Source of the DNA: Chloroflexota bacterium
Lineage (GTDB): Bacteria > Chloroflexota > Dehalococcoidia > Bin125
DNA: 64,000 nt
Assembly (NCBI GenBank): GCA_028873865.1
Contig: JAPPNI010000026.1
Location: 55,180 to 119,179, forward strand
Reading direction: 5' to 3'
Shown here: positions 38,613-50,170 of the stretch, piece after piece
How the letters are laid out: each line of letters starts with the position of its first letter
Position numbering within the stretch: position 1 is the first letter of the stretch
Made by a program: the position numbers and the translations under genes
Notes under the pieces: model-generated
Databases searched by the model: none
Seen by the model: only the letters and a program-made list of their open reading frames with translations
Told to the model about the DNA's origin: nothing

Positions 38613-38754
38613 CTTTGCGCTCTCGCCACCAGTCTCGCACGATGAAGTACAGCGTCCAAGGCGGCTCGACGCCAAACAAGCGGACCAGTTCCCGCTCTGT
38701 CTCAGGGGGCCGCGCATTGGGCTGCTGATCGTCCGTGGGTTTGGCGGTTGCCAT
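38581..38754 (-). CDS. Small hypothetical protein (57 aa)
   Basis: GGAGG RBS then MATAKPTDDQQPNARPPETERELVRLFGVEPPWTLYFIVRDWWRERKAKQRESRQLQ*; below the ORF-track size cutoff. Confidence 0.5.
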   Translation of the reverse strand: MATAKPTDDQQPNARPPETERELVRLFGVEPPWTLYFIVRDWWRERKAKQRESRQLQ

Positions 38755-38804
38755 GTCGGTACCTCCGCCTGATTATGCGGCCATTCTAGCCAGATGGGAG
38801 CGGG

Positions 38805-39284
38805 TCAGTAGACGCCGCCGAGCTTGTTGTGGTCCCAGCTGTAGACGCGGGTGGGGTTGATTCTTACGACGGCCCGCTTGGAGGCCTGGCGGACTCTTTG
38901 CTCGTCGTCCATGGGGGTTGAGGAGCGGCCCTGGGCATTGGGGTTTCGCTTTTCGCCGGTGGCGTCCTGGACGGCCATGACGAGGTGCGGGTCGTTCTCG
39001 ATCACGTCGGCTTCGCCCTCGATCACGAGGCCCTTGATCTTCGAGTACTCGACGCCCGACTCGAGCATCACGGTGATGCGCGGGTCGCGCTTGAGGTTGA
39101 GCACCTTCTGGGCTTTGGCGTAGGTGGTGAAGTGGATCTTGTCGTCGATGACGCCGTACCACATGGCGACGAGGTGGGGGAATCCGTTGTTGCCGTTGGA
39201 GGCGACCTGGAGGGTCCAGCCGGTCTCGATGAATTCTTTGGCTTCCTCGTCGGTCATGGCGATCATGTTGCGTCGGCTGGGCAT
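38805..39284 (-). CDS. PPOX-class (pyridoxamine 5'-phosphate oxidase-like) putative F420-binding protein
   Basis: G.PHLVAMWY, KAQKV.NL.RDPR, SWDH.KL. Confidence 0.85.
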   Translation of the reverse strand: MPSRRNMIAMTDEEAKEFIETGWTLQVASNGNNGFPHLVAMWYGVIDDKIHFTTYAKAQKVLNLKRDPRITVMLESGVEYSKIKGLVIEGEADVIENDPHLVMAVQDATGEKRNPNAQGRSSTPMDDEQRVRQASKRAVVRINPTRVYSWDHNKLGGVY

Positions 39285-39319
39285 GGGTGCTCCGATTCAG
39301 GTCCTGGGATGTTGGCAGT

Positions 39320-40708
<1,389 letters not shown>

Positions 40709-40733
40709 GTTCAGTCCTCGACGGGGTTTGAGC

Positions 40734-40780
40734 GTTCTGGCTGTTCGGTCTTGTTCGGTTGTGTTCGGTCTGGTTCGGGA
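40734..40780. repeat. 10-bp-period GTTCGG tandem repeat in the mdh-fumC spacer
   Basis: ctGTTCGGtc ttGTTCGGtt gtGTTCGGtc tgGTTCGGga, preceded by GTTCTG. Confidence 0.75.
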
Positions 40781-41737
40781 CTATGCGCCGTTGTTCTGGC
40801 TGAGGCGGGCCATGTCGTCGACGAGGCCCTGGACGGCGTCGGCGGAGTGCTTGAGCTGGGCTTGCTCTTGGTCGGTGAGGTTGATTTCGAGAATTTGCTC
40901 GATGCCGTTTCGTCCGAGGATGACCGGCACTCCGATGAAGAGGCCGTCGACTCCGTATTCGCCGTTGAGCAGTGCGGCGCAGGGGAGGATGCGGCGCTTG
41001 TCGAGGGCGATGGCGTCGACCATCTGGGCGACGGCGGCCGAGGGTGCGTAGAAGGCGGAACCGGTCTTGAGCAGGTTGACGATCTCGGCGCCGCCGTCGC
41101 GGGTGCGCTGGATGATCTGCTCGAGCTGGTCCTGGGGCAGCAGTTTGGTGATCGGTATGCCGGCGGCGGTGGTGTAGGAGGCGAGCGGGACCATGGTGTC
41201 GCCGTGGCCACCGAGGACGAAGGCGTTGATGTCCTCGACCGAGACGTTGATCGCTTCGGCGAGGAAGGAGCGGTAGCGGGCGGTGTCGAGGATGCCGGCC
41301 ATGCCGACGACGCGTGAGCTGGGAATGCCCGCCTCAGCAGCAACGTCGTAGGCGACGTGGCACATGGCGTCGAGCGGGTTGGAGACGACGACGATCGTGG
41401 CGTCGGGGGATTCGGCGATGGCGGCGCGGGTGACGGAGTCGACGATGCCCATGTTGATCTGGAGGAGGTCGTCGCGGGACATGCCGGGCTTGCGGGCGAC
41501 GCCGGAGGTGATCACGACGATGTCGGAGCCGGCGGTGGGACCGTAGTCGGTGGCGCCGGTGATGCAGGAGTCGACGCCGATCACCGGAGAGGCTTCGTAC
41601 ATGTCGAGGGCTTTGCCCTGCGGGAGGCCGTCGACGATGTCGACGAGGACGACATCGGCGTAACCACGCTCGGCGAGTCGCTGGGCGGTGGTGGCGCCGA
41701 CGTTTCCGGCTCCGATGACAGTCACCTTCGTTCGCAT
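40781..41737 (-). CDS. mdh: Malate dehydrogenase (LDH-like)
   Basis: [35 protein letters not shown]. Confidence 0.96.
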   Translation of the reverse strand: MRTKVTVIGAGNVGATTAQRLAERGYADVVLVDIVDGLPQGKALDMYEASPVIGVDSCITGATDYGPTAGSDIVVITSGVARKPGMSRDDLLQINMGIVDSVTRAAIAESPDATIVVVSNPLDAMCHVAYDVAAEAGIPSSRVVGMAGILDTARYRSFLAEAINVSVEDINAFVLGGHGDTMVPLASYTTAAGIPITKLLPQDQLEQIIQRTRDGGAEIVNLLKTGSAFYAPSAAVAQMVDAIALDKRRILPCAALLNGEYGVDGLFIGVPVILGRNGIEQILEINLTDQEQAQLKHSADAVQGLVDDMARLSQNNGA

Positions 41738-41854
41738 GATTTCGGACCTTTCTGAGCACGGGCAGCCATACCCGTGTGGAAGTGACGGGGCTTGTCCAAT
41801 TGTTATCCGATGCACCGCTTTGCGTCTGCCATGTGAATGGCGGAGGCGCTGTCG

Positions 41855-44122
41855 CTAGTGGGAGGCGGCGATCTTGTTCAGGGCGCTGCCGGCCTGGAAC
41901 CAGGTGATCTGCTCGTCGGTGTAGCTGTGGTTGACCGAGACTTCGTCGCTTGAGCCGTCCTCGTGGTCGATGCGGAGGGTGAGCGGGCGGCCGGGGGCGA
42001 AGTCGGCGAGGCCGAGGACGCTGAGGCGATCGAGTTGGCCGACGAGCTCATAGTCCGCCGGGTCGCTGAAGGTGAGGGCGAGGATGCCCTGTTTCTTCAG
42101 GTTGGTCTCGGCGATGCGGGCGAACGAGCGGGCGATCACGACGTAGCCGCCGCTCCAGCGGATCTCCATCGAGGCGTGCTCGCGGCTGGAGCCTTCGCCG
42201 TAGTTTTCGTCGCCGACCGCGACCCAGCGGATGCCGGCGTCCTTGTAGGCGCGGGCGACTTCGCTGATTGACTGGTCGGCCTGACCGCTGATCTGGTTGC
42301 GGGTGGTGCCGGTCTCGCCGGTGAAGGCGTTGACACCGCCGCTGAAGAGGTTGCCGGAAATGTTCTCGAGGTGGCCGCGGAAGCGGAGCCAGGAGCCGGC
42401 CGGCGAGATGTGATCGGTCGTGGTCTTGCCCTGGGTCTTGAGCAGCAGCGACATATAGGTGTAGTCGTCGCCGTCCCAGGCGTTGAACGGGGTGAGCCGC
42501 TGGAGGCGGTCGCTTTCGGGGCTGACGATGACGTCGACGTCGCTGCCGTCTTCCGGCGGGGCGATGAAGCCCTCGTCGCCGACGTCGAATCCCTGGGCCG
42601 GCAACTCGTCGCCGCTGGGGGCGGAGAAGCGGAACTCGCCGGCGTCGGTGGCGATGGCGTCGCTGCGCGGGTCGAAGCCCATCTCGCCGGCGAATGCGGT
42701 GGCGACGACCAGCTCGGGCGAGCCGATGAAGGCGAGCGTGTTGCGATTGGCGTCGTTGCGGCCGGGGAAGTTGCGGTTAAACGAGGTGACGATCGTGTTC
42801 TGCTCGTCGCCCTCAAGATCCTCGCGCTTCCATTGTCCAATGCAGGGTCCGCAGGCGTTGGCGAGGACGGTCGCGCCGGCCGACTCGAAGGCATCGATCT
42901 GTCCGTCGCGCTTCGTTGTCGCGCGGATCTGCTCGGAGCCGGGCGTGACCAGCAACGGGGCGCGCAGCTCGAGGCCGGCTTCGGCGGCCTGCCGGGCGAT
43001 GTTGGCGGCGCGGCTCATGTCCTCGTAGGACGAGTTGGTGCAGGAACCGATTAGCGCGTTGGTCACGTTGAGCGGGTAGTCCTGGTCCTCCATGAAGCCG
43101 CGAATCTCGGCGACGGTGTTGCGCAGGTCGGGCGTGTGCGGTCCGACCCAGGCCGGTTCGAGCTCGCTGAGGTTGATCTCGATGACCCGGTCGAAGATCT
43201 CGTGGCGGGCGTCGGCGACGCCGTCGTCGGCGCGCAGGTACTCGGCGTTGGCCTCGGCCAGCTCGGCGATGTCGGCGCGGTCGGTGCTGCGCAGGTAGTC
43301 GGCGGTGCGCGAGTCAAAGGGGAAGAGCGAGGTGGTTGCGCCGATCTCGGCGCCCATGTTGGTCACGGTGCCACGACCGGTGGCGCTCATCGAGTCGAGG
43401 CCGGGGCCGAAGTACTCGACGATGGCTCCGGTGCCGCCCTTGACGGTCAGTTCATCGGCGACGCGGAGGATGACGTCCTTGGGCGCGGTCCAACCGTCGA
43501 GTTCGCCGGTCAGGTGGACGCCGATCAGTTTGGGCATGGTGACGCCCCAGCCGAGTCCGGCCATCACGTCGACGGCGTCTGCTCCGCCGACGCCGATCGC
43601 GATCATGCCCATGCCGCCGGCGTTCGGGGTGTGGGAGTCGGTGCCGATCATCATGCCGCCGGGGAAGGCGTAGTTCTCGAAGACGACCTGGTGAATGATG
43701 CCGGAGCCGGGCTTCCAGAAGCCCGCGCCGTAGCGGGCGGCGGCGCTGCGCAGGAACTCGTAGACCTCTTCGTTCTCCGAGATGGCGACTTCAAGATCCG
43801 TGTCGGCGCCGATGCGGGCCTGGATCAGATGGTCGCAGTGGACGGTGGTGGGCACGACCACGCGCTGGAGGCCGGCGAGTTCGAACTGGAGCAGCGCCAT
43901 CTGCGCGGTGGCGTCCTGCAGCGCGACGCGGTCGGGTTGCAGCGCGGCGTGATCGACGCCGCGCTCGATCGGCTGGTTGGCCGGGTCGGTGAAATGTCCG
44001 AAGAGGATCTTCTCGGCCAGCGTCAGGGGGCGGTCGATGCGTCGTCGGGCGACGTCGATGCCGTCGCGCAGCTTTGCGTACGCCTCGTCGATGCGCTGGA
44101 GGGCGTCGGGTTCAATAGCCAT
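41855..44122 (-). CDS. acn: Aconitate hydratase (mitochondrial-like short type)
   Basis: QDATAQMA, HCDH, DSHT, IGSCTNSSYED, NACGPCIGQW, TTDHIS, GSSREHA. Confidence 0.93.
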   Translation of the reverse strand: MAIEPDALQRIDEAYAKLRDGIDVARRRIDRPLTLAEKILFGHFTDPANQPIERGVDHAALQPDRVALQDATAQMALLQFELAGLQRVVVPTTVHCDHLIQARIGADTDLEVAISENEEVYEFLRSAAARYGAGFWKPGSGIIHQVVFENYAFPGGMMIGTDSHTPNAGGMGMIAIGVGGADAVDVMAGLGWGVTMPKLIGVHLTGELDGWTAPKDVILRVADELTVKGGTGAIVEYFGPGLDSMSATGRGTVTNMGAEIGATTSLFPFDSRTADYLRSTDRADIAELAEANAEYLRADDGVADARHEIFDRVIEINLSELEPAWVGPHTPDLRNTVAEIRGFMEDQDYPLNVTNALIGSCTNSSYEDMSRAANIARQAAEAGLELRAPLLVTPGSEQIRATTKRDGQIDAFESAGATVLANACGPCIGQWKREDLEGDEQNTIVTSFNRNFPGRNDANRNTLAFIGSPELVVATAFAGEMGFDPRSDAIATDAGEFRFSAPSGDELPAQGFDVGDEGFIAPPEDGSDVDVIVSPESDRLQRLTPFNAWDGDDYTYMSLLLKTQGKTTTDHISPAGSWLRFRGHLENISGNLFSGGVNAFTGETGTTRNQISGQADQSISEVARAYKDAGIRWVAVGDENYGEGSSREHASMEIRWSGGYVVIARSFARIAETNLKKQGILALTFSDPADYELVGQLDRLSVLGLADFAPGRPLTLRIDHEDGSSDEVSVNHSYTDEQITWFQAGSALNKIAASH

Positions 44123-44178
44123 GGCGGGGTCCAGTTCGGTGCTGATGCCTGGGGCGGTGATCGCCGTTGCAGATCAGC

Positions 44179-45777
44179 TTAGAGAGGGATATTGCCGTGT
44201 TTCTTCGGCGGCGAGGTGTCAACCTTGTCGGCGAGCATGTCGAGGGCCCGGAAGATGGCGGTGCGGGTGTCGCGCGGATGGATCACGTCGTCGACGAAGC
44301 CCAGCTCGGCCGCCTGATAGGGGCGATAGAACTCTGCTTCGTACTCGGCGATCAGTTTGGCCCGTTCGGCGTCCGGATCGGCGGCGGCGGCGATCCGTCG
44401 GCGGTGGATGATGTTGACCGCGCCGTCGGAGCCGGTCACGGCGATCTGCGCGGTGGGCCAGGCAAGGTTGATGTCGGAGCGCAGGTGCTTGCTGCTCATC
44501 ACAACGTAGGCGCCGCCGATTGACTTGCGCAGGGTGACGGCGACCTTGGGCACGGTGGCCTCGGCGTAGGCGTAGAGCAGCTTGGCGCCGTGGGCGATGA
44601 TCCCGCCGTATTCCTGCTGGGTGCCGGGCAGGAAGCCGGGGACGTCGACGAGTGTGACGATAGGGATGTTGAAGCAGTCGCAGAAGCGAACGAATCGGGC
44701 CGCCTTGCGCGAGGCGTCGATGTCGAGGACGCCGGCCATGGTGTCGGGGTCGTTGGCGACGATCCCGACGCCGTAGCCGCCGAGGTGGGCGAATCCGACG
44801 GAGACGTTGCGCGCCCACTGGGCCTGGATTTCCATGAACTCGCCGTTGTCGACGATCTCGCGGATCACGCGGCGGATGTCGTAGGGGCGAGTCGAGTCGG
44901 CCGGGACGATGTCGACGAGGCTGTCGAGCTTGCGCTCGGGGGAGTCGCCGGTGTCGGTCCAGCGGGGGTCCTCCATGTTGTTCTGGGGGAGGAAGGTGAG
45001 GAGTTGGCGGACGCTGTTGAGGGTGGCTTCCTCGCCGGGGATGCAGAAGTGAGCGACGCCGGTCTTGGTGGCGTGGGTCATCGCGCCGCCGAGTTCCTCG
45101 TGGGTGACCTCTTCGCCGGAGACGGCGCGGATCACGTCGGGGCCGGTGATGTACATCTGTCCGGTGCCCTGGACCATGAAGATGAAGTCCATGATCGCGG
45201 GTGAGTAGACCCCGCCGCCTGCGGCCGGCCCGGCGCAGACGGCGATCTGGGGAACGAGGCCGGAGGAGAGCGTGTTGCGGAGGAAGATCTCGCCGTAACC
45301 GCGCAGCGAGGTGACGCCTTCCTGGATGCGCGCGCCGCCGCCGTCGTTGACGGCGACGATGGGCGCGCCGACCTTCATCGAGAGGTCCTGGATCTTGGCG
45401 ATCTTCTCGGCGGCGGCTTCGGAGACCGAACCTCCGTACAGGGTGAAGTCCTGGGCGTAGGCGAAGACGGTGCGTCCGTCGACGGTGCCGTGTCCGACGA
45501 CGACGGCGTCGCCCTCAGGGCGGTTGTTCTCGAGGCCGAAGCCGGTGCCGCGGTGCTTGACGAAGGGATCGATTTCCGTGAAGGAGCCGGCGTCGAAGAG
45601 GATGTCGAGGCGCTCGCGGGCGCTGAGCTTGCCGCGTCCGTGCTGTCGTTCCATGGCGGCGGAACGGGCCTCGTTGGCGTTGCCGTTGAGGCGTCGTTGG
45701 GCGACTTCCTCGAGGAGGAAATCGATGCCGCGTTGCGTGACTGTCTGCGAGGATTGCCGGGCAGGTTCAGAGACCAT
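44179..45777 (-). CDS. pccB: Acyl-CoA carboxylase carboxyltransferase subunit (PccB-like)
   Basis: GKLSARER, GGARIQEG, DVPGFLPG..QE, KKHGNIPL. Confidence 0.9.
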   Translation of the reverse strand: MVSEPARQSSQTVTQRGIDFLLEEVAQRRLNGNANEARSAAMERQHGRGKLSARERLDILFDAGSFTEIDPFVKHRGTGFGLENNRPEGDAVVVGHGTVDGRTVFAYAQDFTLYGGSVSEAAAEKIAKIQDLSMKVGAPIVAVNDGGGARIQEGVTSLRGYGEIFLRNTLSSGLVPQIAVCAGPAAGGGVYSPAIMDFIFMVQGTGQMYITGPDVIRAVSGEEVTHEELGGAMTHATKTGVAHFCIPGEEATLNSVRQLLTFLPQNNMEDPRWTDTGDSPERKLDSLVDIVPADSTRPYDIRRVIREIVDNGEFMEIQAQWARNVSVGFAHLGGYGVGIVANDPDTMAGVLDIDASRKAARFVRFCDCFNIPIVTLVDVPGFLPGTQQEYGGIIAHGAKLLYAYAEATVPKVAVTLRKSIGGAYVVMSSKHLRSDINLAWPTAQIAVTGSDGAVNIIHRRRIAAAADPDAERAKLIAEYEAEFYRPYQAAELGFVDDVIHPRDTRTAIFRALDMLADKVDTSPPKKHGNIPL

Positions 45778-45897
45778 GAGTCACCTGTCGATCGGTCGGA
45801 AGAGACCCTGTTGGACGAGGTTCCGCAGGGATTGAGGCTACAACAGGGGTATCGCGCGGACAATCAAGCGCGAACGCGGCTCAGCCGGCGACCGGCG

Positions 45898-46557
45898 TTA
45901 TCCGGGTGGTTCGCTGGGCCCAGCTTCTTCTGCCTGCTCCTGGATCTCTTCGGGAGGCGGCGGGATGATCAGGGCCTGGCCGATCTGGAGATTGGCTGCC
46001 TGGGCTTCGGTCAGACCGTTGTAGTTCATCAAGTCGACCCAGGTGAATCCATGGGCGAAGGCGATGTCGGCGAGGGTGTCACCCTCCTGGACGATGTAGA
46101 TCTCGCCGGGGGGTCGTTGCGGGCCTTGCGGCTCTTCCGTTTCCTCCGTGGCCGGGGAGGCGACGCCGCAGCCGCCCTCGCGGATGGGAATGCGCAGCTC
46201 CTGGCCGATGCTCAGCGAGTCGACATCGACGATGTTGTTGAGCCGCTGGATTTCCTCGACGGTGAGGCAGAACTGGGTGGCGATCGTGGCCAGCGTGTCG
46301 CCGGGCTGGACGACGTAGATCGTTTCGGTGATTGGCGCTTCCTCGAAGACGACGTCGTCGCGGAAGAGATATGGGGCGGGCAGCGGATCGGGCAACGCTT
46401 CGACGGGGATGTCTTCGTCGATCGTCGTTCGTTCGGATGTGGTCACCGGTTCGGGGACCTCGGCGACCGGTTCTGCGGCATCGGTACAAGCGGCGACGAT
46501 TGCGCCCGCCAGGACAAGCGACAGTCCGATCGACGAACCGAGGAACCGGTGGAGCAT
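45898..46557 (-). CDS. Lipoprotein with two LysM domains
   Basis: Lipobox VAAC; YVVQPGDTL.TIA and YIVQEGDTL.DIA. Confidence 0.88.
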   Translation of the reverse strand: MLHRFLGSSIGLSLVLAGAIVAACTDAAEPVAEVPEPVTTSERTTIDEDIPVEALPDPLPAPYLFRDDVVFEEAPITETIYVVQPGDTLATIATQFCLTVEEIQRLNNIVDVDSLSIGQELRIPIREGGCGVASPATEETEEPQGPQRPPGEIYIVQEGDTLADIAFAHGFTWVDLMNYNGLTEAQAANLQIGQALIIPPPPEEIQEQAEEAGPSEPPG

Positions 46558-46592
46558 CACACTTCTAGTGTCGCACGTGGTGCGGAAGCTGA

Positions 46593-48104
46593 TTATTCGG
46601 CGCCGCATGAGATCGTCGGCGAGATGGGACTGCCCGCGCGTTCCAGCAGGCAGGCGAGGATGCCGTGGTTGAGCAGGGAGATGTCCTCGAACAGCTCATG
46701 GTTGACGTTGTCGAGGTTGTCGAGCGGGGTGTGCAGGATGGCGCCGGGCGGGAAGACGAAGACGACGGGGATTCCTACGTTGGCGAAGCTGGAGTGGTCC
46801 GAGCCCAGGTTCCGCGGCGGACTCCCGGATCCGGCGTTGATCTGCAGTTCAGCCGCGACGGAGCCGGTGATGTCCTGCAGTTGGAACGACGCCACGATGC
46901 GGTAGGGCGGACGGCCATCGCCGATTGCATCGAGGTTGAGCATCGCGGTTACTTCTGGGGGACGTTCCTCCGGGGGGAGCTGCTGCTCCAGGCGAAGAAG
47001 CCGGACGTAGAAGCGGGAGCCGTGCAGGCCGAGTTCCTCGGCGCCGAATCCGGCGAAGCAGATGTCGTTCGCGCTTGGGTGCTCGGACCAGATCTCGGCC
47101 AGGGCGAGCGTCAGCGCGGTGCCGGAAGCGTTGTCGTTGGCGCCGTCAACCTCGGGCACCGTGTCGTAGTGACCACCGACGACCACCCGGCATGCGCCGC
47201 CGGGCTTGCGGGCGATCACGTTCTGCGACTCGCCCTTGTTTGGCGCGGCCTCGGGAATCGAGACGATGGTTCCCAGGCGACTCCGAAGCTCGTCGCCAGC
47301 TTCCTCGCTGACCTGCAGAAGAGGAATCGCGCTGGTGTCCGTGCCCAGCGTGCCGCCGATCGTCTCGCTCAGTGTTCGATTGGCGACGATCAGGGCGACA
47401 GCGCCGGCCGCTACGGCGTTTGCGCCTTTCTCCCGAAACTCGATGAGCCCGCGATCAACGATCGCGACCTTGCCGCGCACATCGACCGATGCGAAGTCGG
47501 CAGGCTCACCGAATCCCTCGACGTTGACCAGTTCCCCGCTGACCGAATTGTCAGCCGAGCCGGGAAAGCGAAAGGCGAAGCTGCGGTATCCGTCGGGGGT
47601 ATCGATCCGGCTGATCCCTGCCTGCATGGTGTAGTCGAACTTCTGGATCTCGACCTCGTAGCCGAGGCTGGTGAAGGTCTCGGCCAGGTAATCGGCGGCT
47701 GCCTGTTCCTGCTCGGTTCCCGAGGCGCGCGGTCCGAGTGTGCCCGCGAGGTGGTTGAGATAGCCGACGACGATGTCGTAGTCGAATTCCGGCTCCGGCG
47801 GGCCTCCGGGTCTGACCGGGAGAGATTGTGGCTGGTCTTCCTGCTCGACCGGTTGTGAGGGCGGTTCGTCCGGCTCAGTCTCTTCCTGTTGAGCTGCCTG
47901 CCCTTGTTGCCCGGCCCTTGAGTCGGTCGGGTCTTCGGCGCGATCGGATGGATCGCTCCGGGTTGGTTGGTTCCGCTGTTGTTCGGTTGCCTGTTGGGCC
48001 TGCTCAGTGGTCTGGACCACGACAGGTTGCGTTGCGTCGTCGCTGCGGCAGGCGACGAGAAGGAGGGCAAACGTGAGGCCGAGGGGCAGGAGCCGGGTCA
48101 GCAC
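46593..48104 (-). CDS. M28 aminopeptidase lipoprotein with PA domain
   Basis: Lipobox LVAC; GGHYD, GANDNASG, AEELGL.GS, NLD, SDH. Confidence 0.9.
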   Translation of the reverse strand: MLTRLLPLGLTFALLLVACRSDDATQPVVVQTTEQAQQATEQQRNQPTRSDPSDRAEDPTDSRAGQQGQAAQQEETEPDEPPSQPVEQEDQPQSLPVRPGGPPEPEFDYDIVVGYLNHLAGTLGPRASGTEQEQAAADYLAETFTSLGYEVEIQKFDYTMQAGISRIDTPDGYRSFAFRFPGSADNSVSGELVNVEGFGEPADFASVDVRGKVAIVDRGLIEFREKGANAVAAGAVALIVANRTLSETIGGTLGTDTSAIPLLQVSEEAGDELRSRLGTIVSIPEAAPNKGESQNVIARKPGGACRVVVGGHYDTVPEVDGANDNASGTALTLALAEIWSEHPSANDICFAGFGAEELGLHGSRFYVRLLRLEQQLPPEERPPEVTAMLNLDAIGDGRPPYRIVASFQLQDITGSVAAELQINAGSGSPPRNLGSDHSSFANVGIPVVFVFPPGAILHTPLDNLDNVNHELFEDISLLNHGILACLLERAGSPISPTISCGAE

Positions 48105-48119
48105 GGCGGCGGCACGGGC

Positions 48120-48521
48120 TTAGCGGTTGCGGCGAAACAGACGCCGTAGCGGATTCTGGTTGCTCTGTTCGTAGCTGATATAGCGGTCGCGCCAGTAGCC
48201 GCCGCGCGGCTGGTTGGCCTGCGGATTGCCGCCGCGCGAGGTCCAGAAGAGTCCAATCACGAAGACGACGATGCCGGCGACCGCCAGCCAGAGACCGCCG
48301 CCGCGCAAGACCAGCCCGATGATCAACAGAGCAGCGCCCAGCAGCAATAGATGGTTGGGCGTGAGCGCGGTGACCCGATTGACGAGCGCCGACGCGAATC
48401 GCTGGATGGCGATTCGGATCGGTCCCGGCCGGCGAGACTGACGGCGTCGCCAGTCGAAATCCTCGATGTTCGACAGAACCTCTTCAACGTCGCGTTCGAG
48501 TCGGTCTGAACCGTCCGACAT
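48120..48521 (-). CDS. Hypothetical membrane protein
   Basis: GGAG RBS, two TM segments. Confidence 0.7.
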   Translation of the reverse strand: MSDGSDRLERDVEEVLSNIEDFDWRRRQSRRPGPIRIAIQRFASALVNRVTALTPNHLLLLGAALLIIGLVLRGGGLWLAVAGIVVFVIGLFWTSRGGNPQANQPRGGYWRDRYISYEQSNQNPLRRLFRRNR

Positions 48522-48565
48522 GGTCGCTCCTCCGCTGCCCGTTGTCCCCAGTTTAGCGCCCGCCC

Positions 48566-50170
48566 CTAGGAGGAGGGTGCGCCCCAGCCGCCTCCGCCGG
48601 GAGTTTCGACGCGGACGACATCGCCCGGTTCCACGCTGATCGTGACCTTGCCGGGCAGCTTGCGGCGCACCGGTTTTCCGCCCGTGGAGGTGGTTTCGAG
48701 GCTGTTGCGGCCCGATCTTCCCTGCGCTCCGCCCTGCGAGCCCCAGGGCTGCTGAGTCCGGCGCTCGGTGATCAGCGTCAACTGGGCCGGGCCGAGGAAC
48801 TGCGTGCGGCGAACCAATCCGTGTCCGCCGCGATGTTGTCCGGCGCCGCCCGATCGAGGCCTGATGCTGTTCTCGACGACGCGCAGCGGATAGGCCAGCT
48901 CCAGCGCTTCGGCGGGCGTGTTGAGGGTGTTGGTCATGTGCGAATGAGCCGCATCGAGGCCGGGGCCCTGCGGACCGCCGCCGAGTCCGCCACCGGACGT
49001 TTCGTAGTAGGCCCAGGGCTGGCCGTTGCGCGGGTCGATGCCGCCGGCGGTCAGGTTGTTCATCGTGCCCGACGATGCGGCGGGCATCCGATCGGGCAAG
49101 AGCTGGTTGAACGCGCCCCAGACGGTGTCGACGATGCGTTGGGAGGTCTCGACGTTGCCGGCGGCGACGGCGACGGGAGATTGAGCAGCCACCACACTGC
49201 GTTCGGGCAAGGTGAACGTAATCGGGCGGAACAGGCCGGAGTTCATCGGCGTGTCGGGAGGCAGCAGACAGCGGATCACGTAGTAGCAGGCCGACCGCGT
49301 GACGGGAGCGACGGCGTTGATCGAGGCGGCTCGTTGAGGAGCCGTCCCGGAGAAATCGAAGTGCGCGCGATCTTCCGCGAGGGTCAGCTTCAGCTGGATC
49401 GGCACCGGGTCGGGCGTGTGCCCGTCATCGTCGAGGGAGTCGCTGAACTCCCAGGCGCCGTGAGGCAGGTCCGAAAGCGCCGCCCGGGTCAGGCGCTCGC
49501 CGTAGTCAAGCAGGGCCCGGGTGGTCTGGAGATAGGCGTCGTCGCCGTAGTCGCGGTGGAGATCGGCGATTCGGCGCTCGCCCAGCCGTTGAGCGGCGAT
49601 CTGGGCATTGAAGTCGCCGCGGCGCTCGTCGGGCGTGCGTACGTTGCGCAGGATCAGGTCCATCGCCTCCTCGACCAGTTGGCCGGCTCGATAGAGGCGA
49701 ATCGGGGGAATGACGATGCCTTCCTGGATCAACTCACGCGCGACCGGCATCGAACCGGGCGCCATCCCGCCGATGTCGGCCTGGTGAGCGCGGCTGGCGA
49801 CGTAGCCGATCGGCTCTGCGCCGACCGGTGCGTCGTGGACGAAGACGGGCGAGACCATGGTCACGTCGGGCAGATGGGTGCCGCCCAGGAACGGGTCGTT
49901 GAGGATGGCGAGATCGCCGGGCTGCCAGGGCGCCAGCCGCTCGACGGCGCGAACCGACTCGGGCATTGCGCCGAGGTGCACCGGGATGTGCGCGGCCTGG
50001 GCCAGTAGTTGTCCTTCGCGGTCGAAGACGGCGCAGGAGAAGTCGGCGCGCTCCTTGATGTTGGGCGACAGCGACGTGTGTCTCAGCGCCGCGCCCATCT
50101 CCTCGGCGATCGAACTGACCAACGAGTCGAAGATGGCGAGGCGGGCGGGATCGATGTTCACGCTGGTCAT
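48566..50170 (-). CDS. Hydantoinase B/oxoprolinase family protein
   Basis: SPNIKER.DFSCA, HIPVHLG, NDPF.GGTHLPD, ETPGGGGWG. Confidence 0.93.
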   Translation of the reverse strand: MTSVNIDPARLAIFDSLVSSIAEEMGAALRHTSLSPNIKERADFSCAVFDREGQLLAQAAHIPVHLGAMPESVRAVERLAPWQPGDLAILNDPFLGGTHLPDVTMVSPVFVHDAPVGAEPIGYVASRAHQADIGGMAPGSMPVARELIQEGIVIPPIRLYRAGQLVEEAMDLILRNVRTPDERRGDFNAQIAAQRLGERRIADLHRDYGDDAYLQTTRALLDYGERLTRAALSDLPHGAWEFSDSLDDDGHTPDPVPIQLKLTLAEDRAHFDFSGTAPQRAASINAVAPVTRSACYYVIRCLLPPDTPMNSGLFRPITFTLPERSVVAAQSPVAVAAGNVETSQRIVDTVWGAFNQLLPDRMPAASSGTMNNLTAGGIDPRNGQPWAYYETSGGGLGGGPQGPGLDAAHSHMTNTLNTPAEALELAYPLRVVENSIRPRSGGAGQHRGGHGLVRRTQFLGPAQLTLITERRTQQPWGSQGGAQGRSGRNSLETTSTGGKPVRRKLPGKVTISVEPGDVVRVETPGGGGWGAPSS

